Origin: Rebecca billardiae RCC1528
Lineage: Eukaryota; Protista; Haptophyta
Length of the DNA stretch: 64,000 nucleotides
Assembly (NCBI GenBank): GCA_965240325.2
Contig: OZ251225.1
Location: 2,790,001 to 2,854,000 of the forward strand
Direction: 5' to 3'
The translations under genes and the position numbers were made by a program. This document shows, piece after piece, positions 10,147 through 22,150 of this stretch (positions are counted from its first letter, which is position 1; every line of letters starts with the position of its first letter). Under the pieces are notes generated by a model. That model made no database searches. It was not told the origin of the DNA and saw nothing but the letters and a program-made list of their open reading frames with translations.

Positions 10147-12307
10147 CTACCTCTTCTGCTCCTTGCGCTGCTGCTGCAACGACTGCTCCTCCTTCTCTTT
10201 GAACGCGAGGAGGTCGTCGCGGATCGACGTGAGCGCCGCCGAGAACATGCTCAGCTGCTGTGTCGAGTTGTCGTTGTGCGCGTACAGCGCGTAGAAGAGG
10301 TCGAACGAGTCGGCCGCGGTCGAGTCGATCAGGGCGAGCAGGCTCTCGAAGCCCTTCGTGTTGATCGGGGTGCTCTTCAGGTTGAGCTTGCCGAGCACGC
10401 GGCCAGTGAGGTGGGTGACAAACTGCGACCCTGCGGCCAGGCGGTCGTGCTCCTCGCACGTCAGGTTGGTCATCTTGCAGCCCTGTCGTCCGCGCGCGCG
10501 GCGAGTGAGGTGTGCGGCGCGCGCGTCAGAGGCCGCGCAGCGGGTCGGCGGCGCGCCCGCGGGCGTGGCGCGCACCTGCTCTTCCCAGAGGGAGAGGAAG
10601 CGGCAGAAGCGGTGGCGATCTGCCACGCGCACGGCGTCGTACACGAACGGGAGGTCACGCCAGCCCTCCTTGCCCGACTCGGGCCCGAACATCGGGTGCG
10701 TGCACACGATGTCGCACGACGCCGGCAGCACGCGCAGCATCGACTGCTTGGGCAGGATCTTGACCGAAAGGACGTCCACGACGAGCAGGCCCTCGAGCAG
10801 CTCGGGCGGGAGCGCACCCAGCACCTTCTCGAAGGAGATGATGGACGGCGCGAGGATGAGCACGTCCAGCTTCGCTTCGCCTGCACGCGCGCGCCGCCGT
10901 GCGGGCGCCGCCGCCGCCGATCGCACGGCCAGGTCGGGCGCGCGAGGCGGCGCGCGGCTCGCTACGGCCGCGCGGCCGCACGCGCTCGCGCGGCGCGCGG
11001 CGGCGACGGCCGCGTGCGCGCGCACGGAGCATCTGGGCCGTGTCTCGGAAGAAGGTGACGCCGATCTTGCTCGCAACCTCGGCGTAGTCGGAGCGCGACG
11101 CGGCGAAGAGCGAATGCCCCGCCGCGACAAACCACTCGGCGAGGAACTGCCCGAAATTGCCGAAGCCGAGGATGCCGACACGCAGCGGCATCGTGTGGCG
11201 CACGGCGGACTTGCGCATCGCGGCGAGCGCGGTGTCGTCCTCCTTGGGCCCGATGCTCGCGGGGTCGCCAGGCAGCATGATGCCTTCGAACGGGAAGCAG
11301 CCCAGCGTGAAGACGAACGGCGCGATCTCGCCCAGGTGGCGCAGGGCGTTTGCCACCTTCTCCTCGTGTGCATGCGCGGTCAGGTCGAGCCAGAACGTGT
11401 ACTCGAACTGCGCGGCGCCGGGCGCGGCGCTGCCGCCGCCGTCGGCGGGCGTGGGCGGCGCGTCCGCGTCCGACCTGGCGCGCTTGGCCGCGGGTGACGC
11501 GACCGCGCCCGCGCGCGCCGCCGCGGTGCTGTCGGCCGGGCGCGCGGTGACGGTGCGCCGGCCCGGGCGCGACTCAATCTTGCACAGGTCGAGCCCGCGC
11601 AGCGCAAAGACGGACAGCGCCTTGAAGAGGATGCCCGCCTCGTTGGTCGAGGGCTGGAAGACGATGGTCGTCTTGCACGGCGTCGAGAGCGGCGGCGCGA
11701 CCGGCTGCGTGTGCAGCAGCAGGAAGCGCGTGAAGTTGTTCGCGTCGTCCTCGATGCCGTGGTCAATAACCTCGAGCCCGAACAGCTCGGCCGCGGTCAC
11801 GGAGCAGATGGCGGCGGTGTCGCGCAGCCCCTGCTCGGCGATCATCTTGGCCGATCCGGCCGTGTCGTACGCCGGCATCCGCTCCCAGCTGTGCCGCCGG
11901 ATGAACCCGTCGCACTGTGCGAGCGCCTGCGGGTGGCTCATCACCTTCTTGATCGAGTCGCGCGTGCAGCCCTTCGGCGCGAGCAGCGCGTGGCGCACGC
12001 GGAAGCTGTGCTCGCCGATGATGTGGATCGCGCCGTGATGCCGCAGCAGGAGGTCATAGTTCCCGTGGATGCTGCCACCCAGCGTGTTCTCGATCGGCAC
12101 GACCGCGTACGTCACCGCGGACGAGAGGAGGGCGTTGAAGCAATCCTCAAACGAGTTGCACGGGATCGCCTCGATGGCGAGCCGGGCGCGGCCGCGCTCG
12201 GCGGCGACGGCGAACATCTCGGTCGCAGCGGCCTCGCTGTACGCCCCGCGCTCGCCTTGGAAGGCCACCTTCACGCGCGCGGCCGGGGTGGAGCTCGAGC
12301 TCGCCAT
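10147..12307 (-). CDS. Bifunctional prephenate/arogenate dehydratase (PDT+ACT) fused to arogenate/prephenate dehydrogenase (TyrA); introns 11025-10881 and 10575-10483
   Basis: PDT motifs VAFQGERGAYSE, VVPIENTLGGSI, SHPQALAQC, NFTRF; ACT motif KIESRP; TyrA motifs GILGFGNFGQF, VDVLSVK, THPMFGPESG, EHDRLAAGSQFVTH. The GT-AG introns restore frame. Confidence 0.92.
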
Positions 12308-12522
12308 CGTCGGCAATAATGACGATGGTGGATCTCACGCCCGAGCCCTCACGCGTGACGGTGCCGAAGTGATTTCGCGATGAGAGCTCCAGAGCTCCGG
12401 ACGCACGTGCGCACGGGTCCGGCGCTTTGAGCTTCTCTTGAGACCGGCCTGTACTAGTGTACTCGCCGGTTGACCGCGCCGAGCTGGGCGAGAGCGCGAC
12501 GGGTGCCGACAGCTCGTGGGTC

Positions 12523-12945
12523 ATGGCGGCGGCAATCCACGCGTCACGAGACGCGGCAGTGCAGGAGGCTCACGCCAAGCTCCTCGCACTTCTCGCATCG
12601 CCAACACGTGAAGGCGCTGTCGAGGCCATCGCCGCGTCCAAGCGCGCGACGGCGACCATGGAGCGCTCGCGCGCCGCAGCTGTCAAGCAGGCGGAGAAGG
12701 ACAAGGCCAAGGCCGCGAAAGAGAAGGAGGCCATTTTGAAAGCCAAGCTCAAGGCGAAGCTCAAGGCCCAGGCTAAGCGAAGCAAGGCGGCCGCTAAAAA
12801 GCAGAAGCTGGCGCGGAAGCGCTCGGCAAAGCGACCCTCGCGGACCGGGCAGAAGCAAGTGGGAGCCGGCGACACTTGCCGCTCTCCGCCGGCATGCGAG
12901 GCGCCGGCAGCAGCAGGTGAGGATCCCGAGGAGCGGGAGGACTGA
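12523..12945 (+). CDS. Small Lys/Ala-rich coiled-coil hypothetical protein
   Basis: ORF with GC3-biased codons and a highly basic helical stretch (KAKLKAKLKAQAKRSKAAAKKQK). Confidence 0.5.
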   Translation: MAAAIHASRDAAVQEAHAKLLALLASPTREGAVEAIAASKRATATMERSRAAAVKQAEKDKAKAAKEKEAILKAKLKAKLKAQAKRSKAAAKKQKLARKRSAKRPSRTGQKQVGAGDTCRSPPACEAPAAAGEDPEERED

Positions 12946-13223
12946 CGTTCGCTCTGTCAGGTGCTCTCCAGTCGTCCGTCTGTCGGGTTCATGGTCGACA
13001 TCCCCTGCAGCCCTGTCTCCATCGACCCGCCTGCTGCCGTCTGTGACATGATGCACACCGGTCGCGCTCGCCAGTGCTCCGCACCATCGTGATTTGTAGA
13101 CGCGCGATAGATTGTCGCCTGTTGATCCCGACTGGAGCCAACCGCTGCGGCACGCGCCCGCGCTCGACTGCGGAGCGCTCGACGCCTCGGGCGGCGATCT
13201 GCAGGCGCGCCTGCGAGTCGCAG

Positions 13224-16200
13224 ATGCTGCTGGCCGCCGCAGGCGCCGCGGCCGCGGGCTGGCTGATCTCGACCACGGCGCGAAAGCGCGGCCGTCCCTC
13301 AGACGCGGCCGATGGTGGCTCTGCGGCCCTGCCGACGCCGGAGCCGATGAGCGTGGACTCGTCGGTCGGCACGAACGGGCTCGGCGGCCTGGGGCGCACG
13401 CCTGCGCAGGCGGGCGCGAGCGACGACACGTGCGTGCGCGTACTCAACTTCCCGAGCCCGTCGCCTGCTCGCAACGTCCGCTGGTGGGATCAGCAGCCGG
13501 AGCTGTCTGGCGAGCGCGGCTCTGCGCGCACGGACCGCGCGCGCTCGCGCACAGGCGGCCAGCAGCAGGATCCACCCTCGCGCCCCGACGAGGAGAATGA
13601 TCCGGCCCGTGCTGAGCGGAAGAAGCGACGGCTCAGCGAGCCGCGTGGCGGCGCCGTGGACCCTCCGGACGCCGTCCAGGATGCAGCGTCGCAGCCGCGG
13701 TGAGGCTCTGCGCGCCGCCCATGCCATGCGCCCGCGCGCCCGCGCGCCGCCTGCGGCGGCCTGCCCGCGTGACTTGAGCCAGCCTGCCCCCTTCGCGCCG
13801 TGCCGCACCGCGCCGCGCCGCCGCGCGCGCAGCCTCTTCAAGCGTGCCGTCGGCTTCCGGCACCACGACGGCTCTCAGTTCAGCGCGTTGGCACACGAGC
13901 GCAGCGCCGGGCGCGCAGCCATGGGGGCTGAGCAGCAGCCGCGCTCGGCGCATGCGGCCGGGCCGCGCGCCCGCGGGCTCATCATCGGGCCGCCCGCACG
14001 CGAGGCGGGAGCCTCGGCCGCCGCTGGCAGCAGGACCACCTCCGCCTTCCTGCCGTTTGTGGACGTGGAGCGCCCCTCGGCACCTCGTGGCTCTCAGGGT
14101 TCGCCCTCGGCCGACGCGGCGCCGAGCGGGGCGGCGGGCGGACGCCGCCAGGCCGCGCAGGGCTCGATGCAGGGGCGCGTGCATGCCGACGTGTGCATGC
14201 GCGCCGCGCGCGAGCGAGCCGCCGCCGCGCGCGGCCGGCCGTCGGGCGGCGCGCGCGCGCTCCAGCCCGCGCCCGGCACTGCAGCGGACACGAACACGCT
14301 GCTGCTCGATTATGACGTGCCCGGACTCGCGAGCACCGCGCCGACGCTGGGCGGCGCGGAGGGCAGGGTGGGCGTGTCCATGGGCGCGGCGCCCGCTGCC
14401 CACGCTCGCGCCCTCGCGAGTGCGTGCGCGCCCGTGCTCCTGCACCGCGCCGGCAACGGCCTGCCTGCCGCGAGCCGCGCTCTGCTCGAGAAGCAGGCTG
14501 CCGCGGCCAAGGAGATACTCCGCACGCGCGAGGCGAAGCTCGCCGCGGCCGCGGCGGCGCGGCAGGCGGGTGGCGGCGCGGCGAGCGCCGTCGGCGACGC
14601 GCGCTCCGGCGCCGCGGCCGCGCGCGCCGCCGGCGGCGCGAGCAGCCTGCCCCCTGTTCCACTCTTCAACGCGCCACCGCGCTCCGAGTCGGCCGCCGGT
14701 GGCTCCGCCGACAGGGCGGCCGCCGCCGCCGCGGCAGCAGGCGCCCTCTCGGCTGCCGCCGCGGCCGCGTGCGCGGGCCCGCCCACGCTTGCGCCGCGCG
14801 GCGGTGCGAGCGCCGCGCCGGGCTCGAGCGCAGCCCTCAGCTTGGTCCCCGCCTCCACCGCAGGCGAACCAGCTCCCTTGCCCGGCAGCATGGCACCACA
14901 AGCCACTAGCGTAGCGGGCGGCGCGCCGTCCGCGCCGGGGGTGGCGACGAGCGGCGCGGCTCCACCAGCCCTCTTCGGCGGCGGAGCGGGCGGCGCGCCG
15001 GCAGCGCCGGGGGCGGGGAGCGCGCCGAGCGGCGCGGCCTTCTCCTTCGGAGCCGGAGCGGGCGGCGCGCCGGCCGCAACGGGCGCGGCGGCGAGCAAGC
15101 CAAGCGGCGCGGGGCCGAGCTTCACGTTTGGGGCCGCGCCTCCTGCAGCGGCGGGCGCGGCCGCCGCTGCGTGTGGGGCTGCGGCCGCCCCTCCGCAGCC
15201 AGCCGGCGGCGGGGCGGCGCCATCGCAGTTTCAGTTCGGCGCACCGAAGGCCGCGCCCGCACCAGCTGCGACGCCCGCGCCCGCGCCAGGCAGTGCGCCC
15301 GCCGCCGGTGCCGGCGGCGCGTCGGCTGCGCCAAGCTTCTCATTCGATGCTCTGCCGCCCGCCTCGGTCGCTGCCGCCGCCGGCGGAGCGGCGCCCACGC
15401 CCGCCTCGGCGGCGCCCCCTTCGCTCTTCGGCGCGGGGGCCACGCCTGCGCCCACGGCCGCAGCGCCCGCCCTCACCTTCAGAGCGGCACCGAGCAGCAG
15501 CGCACCACCGCCCGGTGCCCCGAGCTTCGGCGCCCTCGCTGCCGGCAGCATCCCCGCGAGCGCGCCGCCGCAGAGCGCGGCGGCGCCCACCTTCACATTC
15601 GGCGGCGGTGGCGGTGCCGCCACGCCCGGCGCTGCGGCGGGCACGAGCGCCGGCGGCGGTGTGCCGGCTGCCACGACGACAGGCAACCTGTTCGCGCTGG
15701 GCGGCGGCGCGCCCGCGCCGACGGCCGGCCAGCCGCCGTCGTGCGCAGCGCAGCAGCCGGCGTTCGGAGGGTTCGGCGCGGCTGCGGGCGCGAGCCTCGG
15801 CGGCGCGAGCGTTGCGCCTTCGTCCGCGCCGCTCGCCACGTCGCAGGCGCCAGCGCTCTTCTCGTTCGGCGGCGGTGCCGCGGCGGCTGGCGCGGCGCAG
15901 CCAACTGTGCCATCTCTCATGCCGCCGCCCGCGGCGAGCGCGCCGCCGCCAAGCCTCACGTTTGGGGCGAGCGCCGCGCCCACGGCGACGGCGCAGGCGG
16001 GGGGCGCTCTCGTGCCCGCCGCGTCCTCCGCGCTGCCGCCGGCCGGCGGGCTGTTCGGCGCCGCCGCGCCCAGCAGCACGGCGCCCGGCGGGCCGGGGGC
16101 CGCACCCATGAACCCGTTTGCGCCAACTGCCGGCGCGCAGGCGGCACAGGCGCAGCCCTCGCCCTTCGGCTTGGGCGCAACGCCGGCCGCGAGCACTGCG

Positions 16201-17664
16201 GCGCCGGGCGGGCTGTTCGGTGGCGGCGGCGCTGCCGTGCCCACCTTGCCCAGCACCTCCGTCGCCGCCGCGCCGATCTTCGGCGCCGCCGCCAGCGCCG
16301 GCGGCGGTGGCGCTGGCGTGTTCGGCTCGCTCGGCGGCGGCGGTATCGGCGGTGCGCCGGGCAGCGGCGCGACCGGCGCCATGCAGCCCCCCCCGGCGTT
16401 CGGGGCCACGGCCGCGCCGGGCGGGCAGCCCAGCGCGCCGCCCGCGTTCGGTGTCGCCGCGACCGCGCCGCCGGCGTTTGGCGCCGCGCCGCCGACTGCG
16501 GGTGGCGGTATCTTCGGCGCAGCGCCCAGCGCCACGCCGTCGCCTTTTGGCCAGCCTGCGGCGAGCGCCGCCGGCAGCGGCGCCGCGCCGCCCATGCAGT
16601 TTGGCGCCGCTCCGACCGCTGCCGGCGCTGCGCCTGCGTTCGGCGGCTTTGGCGCGGCGGCGACGTCGGCGGCTCCGACGGCGTTCGGCGCGGCGGGCGC
16701 CGCGGCGCCGAGCCCCTTCGGCGCGGCGCCTACATCTACGCCGTCCCCTTTCGGCGCGGCGCAGCCCGGCGCGGCGGGCGGGAGTATCTTTGGTGGCGGC
16801 GGCGCCGCGCCGACCGGACAGCCAGCTGCAGCCGGCGGCGGCGTGTTTGGTGGCGGGGCGGCTGGCGCGGGCGCAGGTGGCGTCAACCCGAGCCCGTTCG
16901 GCCAGCCCGCGCCAGCCGCGGGGGCTGGCCCCGGCGCCAACCCCTCGCCCTTCGGCGCCCCGGCCGGAGGCGTGCCGGCGCCTGTCTTTGGCGCGGCCGC
17001 TGGGGCGGCCGCGCAGCCGGCACCGTCGCCGTTCGGGGCGGGCGGCGGCGCGGCGGCGGCGCCAACTCCGTTTGGGTCTGTGGGCGGCATGGGCGCGGGC
17101 GCCTCGCCTTTCGGCGGCGGCGCGGCCGCGCCGACGCCGTTCGGAGCGCAGCCCGCGGCGCAGCAGCCGCCAGCCTTTGGGCAGCCCGCGGGCGCTGCGG
17201 GGGGCGCGCCCTCGCCGTTCGGAGCGGCGGCTGCCGCCGCGCCCGCTTTCGGTGCCGGGGGAATGGGCGCGGCCGGCGGTGCCGCGGCGCCGACGTTTGC
17301 CTTTGGCGGTGGCGCCCCTCAGGGCCAGCAGGTGCGCGCGCGCGCGCCGGCGGCTCGCGCGCACCCACGCGCGGGCGCGGGCTGTGCGCGCGTGTGCTCG
17401 GCCGTCCCCGCGCAAAGGTTCGCACCTGCACAACCTTACTCGCAGCTCACCGACACTCCCTGCGCCACCGCTGTGCGCCACCGCCCCGGCCCATCTGTCT
17501 GTGCGCGCGCCGCTCCACAGCCGGGCATGATGCCGACCTTTGGCGCCACGCCGCAGCCTGCAGGCGGTGGCTTTGCTGTTGGCGCGGCCACGACCACCAA
17601 GACGACCAAGACAGGTCGTCGGGACCGCTCCGCTGGAAGCCGCCGGCCTGGTACTCGCCGATGA
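13224..17664 (+). CDS. FG-repeat nucleoporin with POM121/Nup153-like layout; introns 13700-13832 and 17332-17520
   Basis: Dozens of FG/PFG/FxFG repeats; N-terminal hydrophobic segment; RKRGR and RKKRR basic motifs; basic C-terminal tail; in-frame GT-AG splicing. Confidence 0.8.
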
Positions 17665-18005
17665 TCCCGCTCGTCGTCGGCGGCTCGGGCTCGGATGAGA
17701 TCATCGACGAATCACGTGTGTCTCGTCTCCACTCACGACTGCCAACATTCATTCGGTCCGGATGGTCTGCATCTCTGGAGACTCGACTCTCCCAGGGGCT
17801 GCGTCGGCCGTCTGTCTCAGTGTGACCGCTCGGCCGCGCGGACTCTAGCCTGCGCAGCGTCGGTGCATGCGCATGACGATCACGGTCCGCACGAGTCGAC
17901 CACGAGCCCGAGCCCGAGGCGCGTGCTTCTGCTGCGCGCAGAAAAAGAAATATCATCGTCGCGCGTCAGAAAATCGCAGAAATCACAAATGCCGCCCCTT
18001 TCCCG

Positions 18006-19556
18006 ATGGAGCCCGTCCGCATGGCTGCCCGCCTTCGCGGCGCGCGACGGACGTTGGCGGCGCCCTGGCGGCGTTCGTTTGGGACGACGGGTGCTGAGCG
18101 CTCGAGCGTCGACATCCCCGTCTACTCGCCGCGTGATGGGGTGCGCCTCTCCACGGTGCGCGACATGAGCGCAGTGGAGGTCGACGAGCTGGTGACGGCG
18201 GCGCGAGGCTGCCATTCGAGCTCGTGGTCGTCGCGAGGAAACGTCCGGGAGCGCGCACGCGTGCTGCGCGGGCTGGGCGCAGCGATTCGCGCGCAGTCGG
18301 ATGAGCTCGCTCGGATGGAGACGTTGAATTGCGGCAAGCCCATCCGCGACAGCCGTGCGGACATGGCCTTCTGCGCGGACGCATTCGAGTTCTATGCAGA
18401 GGCGGCGCCACGTGCGCTCGCCGAGCAGCCGATTGAGAGCCTGAGCGAGCCGCCCTTCTCGTCCCGCGTGGTGCCCAGCGCGGCGGGCGTCGTCGTGTGC
18501 GTGACGCCATGGAACTACCCGCTGATGCAGGCCGTCGCCAAGGTCGCTCCCGCGCTCGCCGCCGGCTGCTCGGTGCTCCTCAAGCCGTCGCCACTCGCCT
18601 CGCTCACCTGCCTCAAGCTCGAGCAGCTCGCGCGAGAGGCGGGCGCGCCAGAGGGCGCTCTGCGCGTGGTCACGGGCGGTCCCCCCGCCTCGGCCGGCGG
18701 CGGCGGCGCCGAGCGCCTCGTCTCGCACCCGGCCATCGATCGGCTCTCGTTCACCGGCTCGGTGCGCGGCGGCGTGCAGATGCTGCACGCCAGCGCGGAC
18801 CACGTGCGGCCGACCTCGCTCGAGCTGGGGGGCAAGGGCGCGATGATCGTGTTCGAGGACGCGGACCTGCCGAGCGTGGTGGACTGGGCGATGCTCGGCA
18901 TCTTCGCCAACGCGGGCCAGATCTGCTCGGCGACCAGCCGGCTGCTCGTGCACCGGCCGATCGCAGAGGAGCTGCTGGAGCGGCTCGTGCGCGCGGCCGA
19001 GCGCGTCGTCGTCGCTGACCCTCTCGACGAGGCGACGGAGGTGGGCCCGGTCGTGTCGCACGCGCAGCGCGAGGCGGTGCTCGCCGCGATCGATGGTGCG
19101 CGCTCCGAGGGCGCGCGCGTGCTCTGCGGCGGCGGCCCGGCGCAGGTGCCCGGCCTCGAGGGCGGCTACTACGTGCAGCCGACGGTCCTCGCTGGCCTGC
19201 CGCGCACCGCGCGCGCGTGGCGCGACGAGATCTTTGGTCCGGTGCTCGCGGTGGCGGAGTTCGACACGGAGGACGAGGCTGTCACCCATGCGAACGACTC
19301 GGAGTACGGCCTGGCGCACGCAGTCATGTCCGCAGACTCGCAGCGCTGCGACCGCGTCGGAGCGCGCCTCGATGCTGGGTCGGTGTGGCTGAACTGCTCG
19401 CAGGCCGTCTTCGTGCCCACCCCGTTTGGCGGCTGGAAGCGCAGCGGCTTTGGGCGTGAGTGGGGCGAGGCGGCGATCGATGAGTACGTCCGCTACAAAA
19501 CGGTCACAGCCGGGCAGCACGGGCACTCGTGGGGCTGCTTCAATCAAGGCGGCTAG
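18006..19556 (+). CDS. Aldehyde dehydrogenase, ALDH10 (betaine/aminoaldehyde dehydrogenase)-like, with a probable mitochondrial presequence
   Basis: PWNYPL, FTGS, ELGGK, GQICSATSR, EIFGPV, PFGGWKRSGFGRE. Confidence 0.92.
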   Translation: MEPVRMAARLRGARRTLAAPWRRSFGTTGAERSSVDIPVYSPRDGVRLSTVRDMSAVEVDELVTAARGCHSSSWSSRGNVRERARVLRGLGAAIRAQSDELARMETLNCGKPIRDSRADMAFCADAFEFYAEAAPRALAEQPIESLSEPPFSSRVVPSAAGVVVCVTPWNYPLMQAVAKVAPALAAGCSVLLKPSPLASLTCLKLEQLAREAGAPEGALRVVTGGPPASAGGGGAERLVSHPAIDRLSFTGSVRGGVQMLHASADHVRPTSLELGGKGAMIVFEDADLPSVVDWAMLGIFANAGQICSATSRLLVHRPIAEELLERLVRAAERVVVADPLDEATEVGPVVSHAQREAVLAAIDGARSEGARVLCGGGPAQVPGLEGGYYVQPTVLAGLPRTARAWRDEIFGPVLAVAEFDTEDEAVTHANDSEYGLAHAVMSADSQRCDRVGARLDAGSVWLNCSQAVFVPTPFGGWKRSGFGREWGEAAIDEYVRYKTVTAGQHGHSWGCFNQGG

Positions 19557-19814
19557 CACGGTACAGTACGACGAGGCGTACGATATCCAAGCAGTCTGCT
19601 GACAGACAAGTGCTGAGTATAGTGAGTTACGATACCGACTAGTTACTACGATATGATATCGAGACCGACTTAATTATTGCCGCTGCTGCTGATGACGATA
19701 TGCTGCATGCCGCCGACGATATGCATATAGCTACAGCTAGTTTATTTGTTTTAACGTGCGTATAATAATAACCTTATTCATGAATCATACGGCGGTAGTC
19801 ACAGTCGTCGGAAT

Positions 19815-19863
19815 TATATAACTATATATATATATATTATATAACTATATATATATATATATT
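19815..19863. repeat. AT-rich tandem duplication / TA microsatellite
   Basis: ttatataactatatatatatata occurs twice. Confidence 0.8.
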
Positions 19864-19927
19864 TATTCGCGTAGTCGTGGATCTGCTGAGATTAGGGCGC
19901 GTTACCGCGTAGATCGTCTCACGTCTC

Positions 19928-21352
19928 TCACGACCCTTGCGCGTGAGCATCGTCCGAGACATAGCCGCGACGAGCCTCGCACGGGTGGATGCCATGCTCC
20001 ACCAGAGTCGGGATCTCGACGATCATGCTCATCGCAAAGAGCACCACGAAAGCGAGGTTGAGCTTGTTCTTGAGACGGCCAAGGCGGGCATACGCGCTCA
20101 CCATAACAACGAGGAGGGTGCCGCGCACCTGCAGCCTGGCGGCGACGGACTCAGTGACCTCGCAGTCGAGGCTCGCCTGCATAATGTACCTGCGCGCATG
20201 GGCGCAAAGCGAGGGAGCACATGCGCGGGTAAGCAATCACCTGGCGAGGCGAGTAGTGTAAGTGTTCCCCGGATCGGCGCCCATCTCCGCGCGCACCAGA
20301 AAATGCGTTGAATGCCGGGCAGGCACGAGAGCGAGATCGACATGACGATCATGTCCTTGTGCGTAGCGTAGTCCTTGCGCAGCGCGGCGCGGTACGCGAG
20401 GAGAAACGCAGCGAGCGTGTACGCTGACAGGCCGTACGTGGCGACCAGCCGCCGCGGCGAGAACTTAGACGGGTCCAGAATCATGGCACGCGTGTCGGTG
20501 AAGCATGCCGTGAGGACCATGGCCAGCATCGAGGCGAGGCCGCCGTATCGGCCGAGTACGCGATGCACCGAGCGACGCACGTCACCTTTCGTCGCGCCGC
20601 TGAAGATTTGCAGCATGGCGATGATCGTCCAGGCGAGACCGATGAAGGCGTGCACAGAGACGGTGGCGTGCATGCGGGGGCCAACAACGGCGTCTTGAAA
20701 CCTGCACGCGTGCGCGCACATTCCGCCCGGTCGAGTGGTCAGATGGCAAAGGTGATGCACGCTTCTGCGTTTCCGCAAAGTGGGACTTCGGGGGTTTAGA
20801 TCTGCGCGCTTACATGATGTTGTGGTACCACCGGCCCTCGGCGAAGAAGTAGTGGAACAGCGGCGCGAAGCCGCCAGTGCTTGCCAGCAGCACCAGTACC
20901 GCGCGCCACGAGTACGCGCGGCTGGCACGCCGTGAGGCGGCGATGCGGTCGTCGTGCTCCGCCGGGGGCTCGGCCATGGCGGAGGTGTACTTTTCGGCGT
21001 TCCCACTTTCAATCGCGAGCGGAACGTCGTCCTCGAGTGCTGGGCTCTCGCGGCCGTGCTTGCCGCGCGGCTGCGCAATGTCCTTGCCGAGCACCATGCC
21101 CGTGCCCGTGGTCACCTCTGCATGTGGCAGTGGCGGTGTCGGCGGCGGGGAGACGATGAGATTGGCCTCGATGGGGGGACTCGGCGAATGTGGACCTGCG
21201 TGCTGTGGCTCTTGCACGTGGCCATCCGCGTCGTCATCGGCCGTGTAGTGGGGCGTGTCCAGCATGGTGCGGGTGGTGTAGCTCGCCTTTTTGCTCAAGA
21301 CGATCGACGCGAGTTTCGGCACACGCCTTTCGAGTGGCGCGCTTGGCTCCAC
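19928..21352 (-). CDS. Membrane protein, DUF2306-like; introns 20813-20702 and 20296-20190
   Basis: The spliced frame gives multiple TM segments with His motifs HAFIG..LQ..RRSVHRVLGRY and ATHKDM. Confidence 0.65.
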
Positions 21353-21505
21353 TCGCTCGTAAGCACCACGGCGAAGCGCGCGAAAAGAGCAGAAGCTTCG
21401 GCCATCCTTCTCCGCGGCGTCGATGGCTCATTCTCGTATGTGCTGCCAGTGCAGGGGCAGCCTGGGAGGGGGGACGGTATTCATCATGGCAGTACTACTA
21501 ATGCT

Positions 21506-21553
21506 TACAGTTTACTAAGAATAAGAGACGCACACAGCTCAGGCAGGCGAGAT
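21506..21553 (+). repeat. Dispersed ~48-bp TIR-like repeat, clean copy
   Basis: tacagtttactaagaataagagacgcacacagctcaggcaggcgagat. Confidence 0.85.
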
Positions 21554-22150
21554 TCACCATCATGCAAGGGGTTTACTTTACGCTAATACTGCAGGCACGC
21601 AAAGTGCATCGTCGTCATATTCCGCAGAACATTCTTCCACGCACCAGGTGACCAGCGGGCGTTTTATTTAATGATGAGACCGGGGCATTCATGAAGGAGA
21701 GCGTGTGCATTGAGGGTCCCAAAATAGAGCACTTGTCATACGAGCCTGAAACTTGAACCGATATACAGTAGGACCATTGCGATAATAGAGCGCGGTGAAA
21801 ATCGTCGCTTAATACGCGACTCACGAGATAGTGATGAGCCGATCAATGGCAGTTAACTACTACACAATTCGGCGGTCGTGGGAATCGTCGCGAATAGTCA
21901 CATTGCATGGGCACAAACAGTCCCACGAGTTATTGAGTAACCGCAGCGGTTCAAGCGTGCCAATCAGCTCGCACGCGCGTGCGTTTTCGCGCGCTTCGTG
22001 ATTCCCGCGCAAAGCAAAACGCGTCTGCGTGGCGCAAATGGTGCCAATCAGCGGCGGCGCGTGTCGGCCACGGGATCCGGGACCGCTTTGTACAGCGCGC
22101 TTGCGTCCGGCCCCAGGCGGTTCTACCGCACGTACAGCACTCTAGCTAAC

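Noticed and set aside
12917-13223. Possible intron joining the basic 12523 ORF to the nucleoporin
   Set aside because: The donor is phase 1, while the two candidate acceptors I checked (exon starts 13205 and 13224) are phase 2 and phase 0
15171-17825. Overlapping Arg-rich long ORFs on both strands
   Set aside because: Stop-poor alternate frames of the very GC-rich FG-nucleoporin exon
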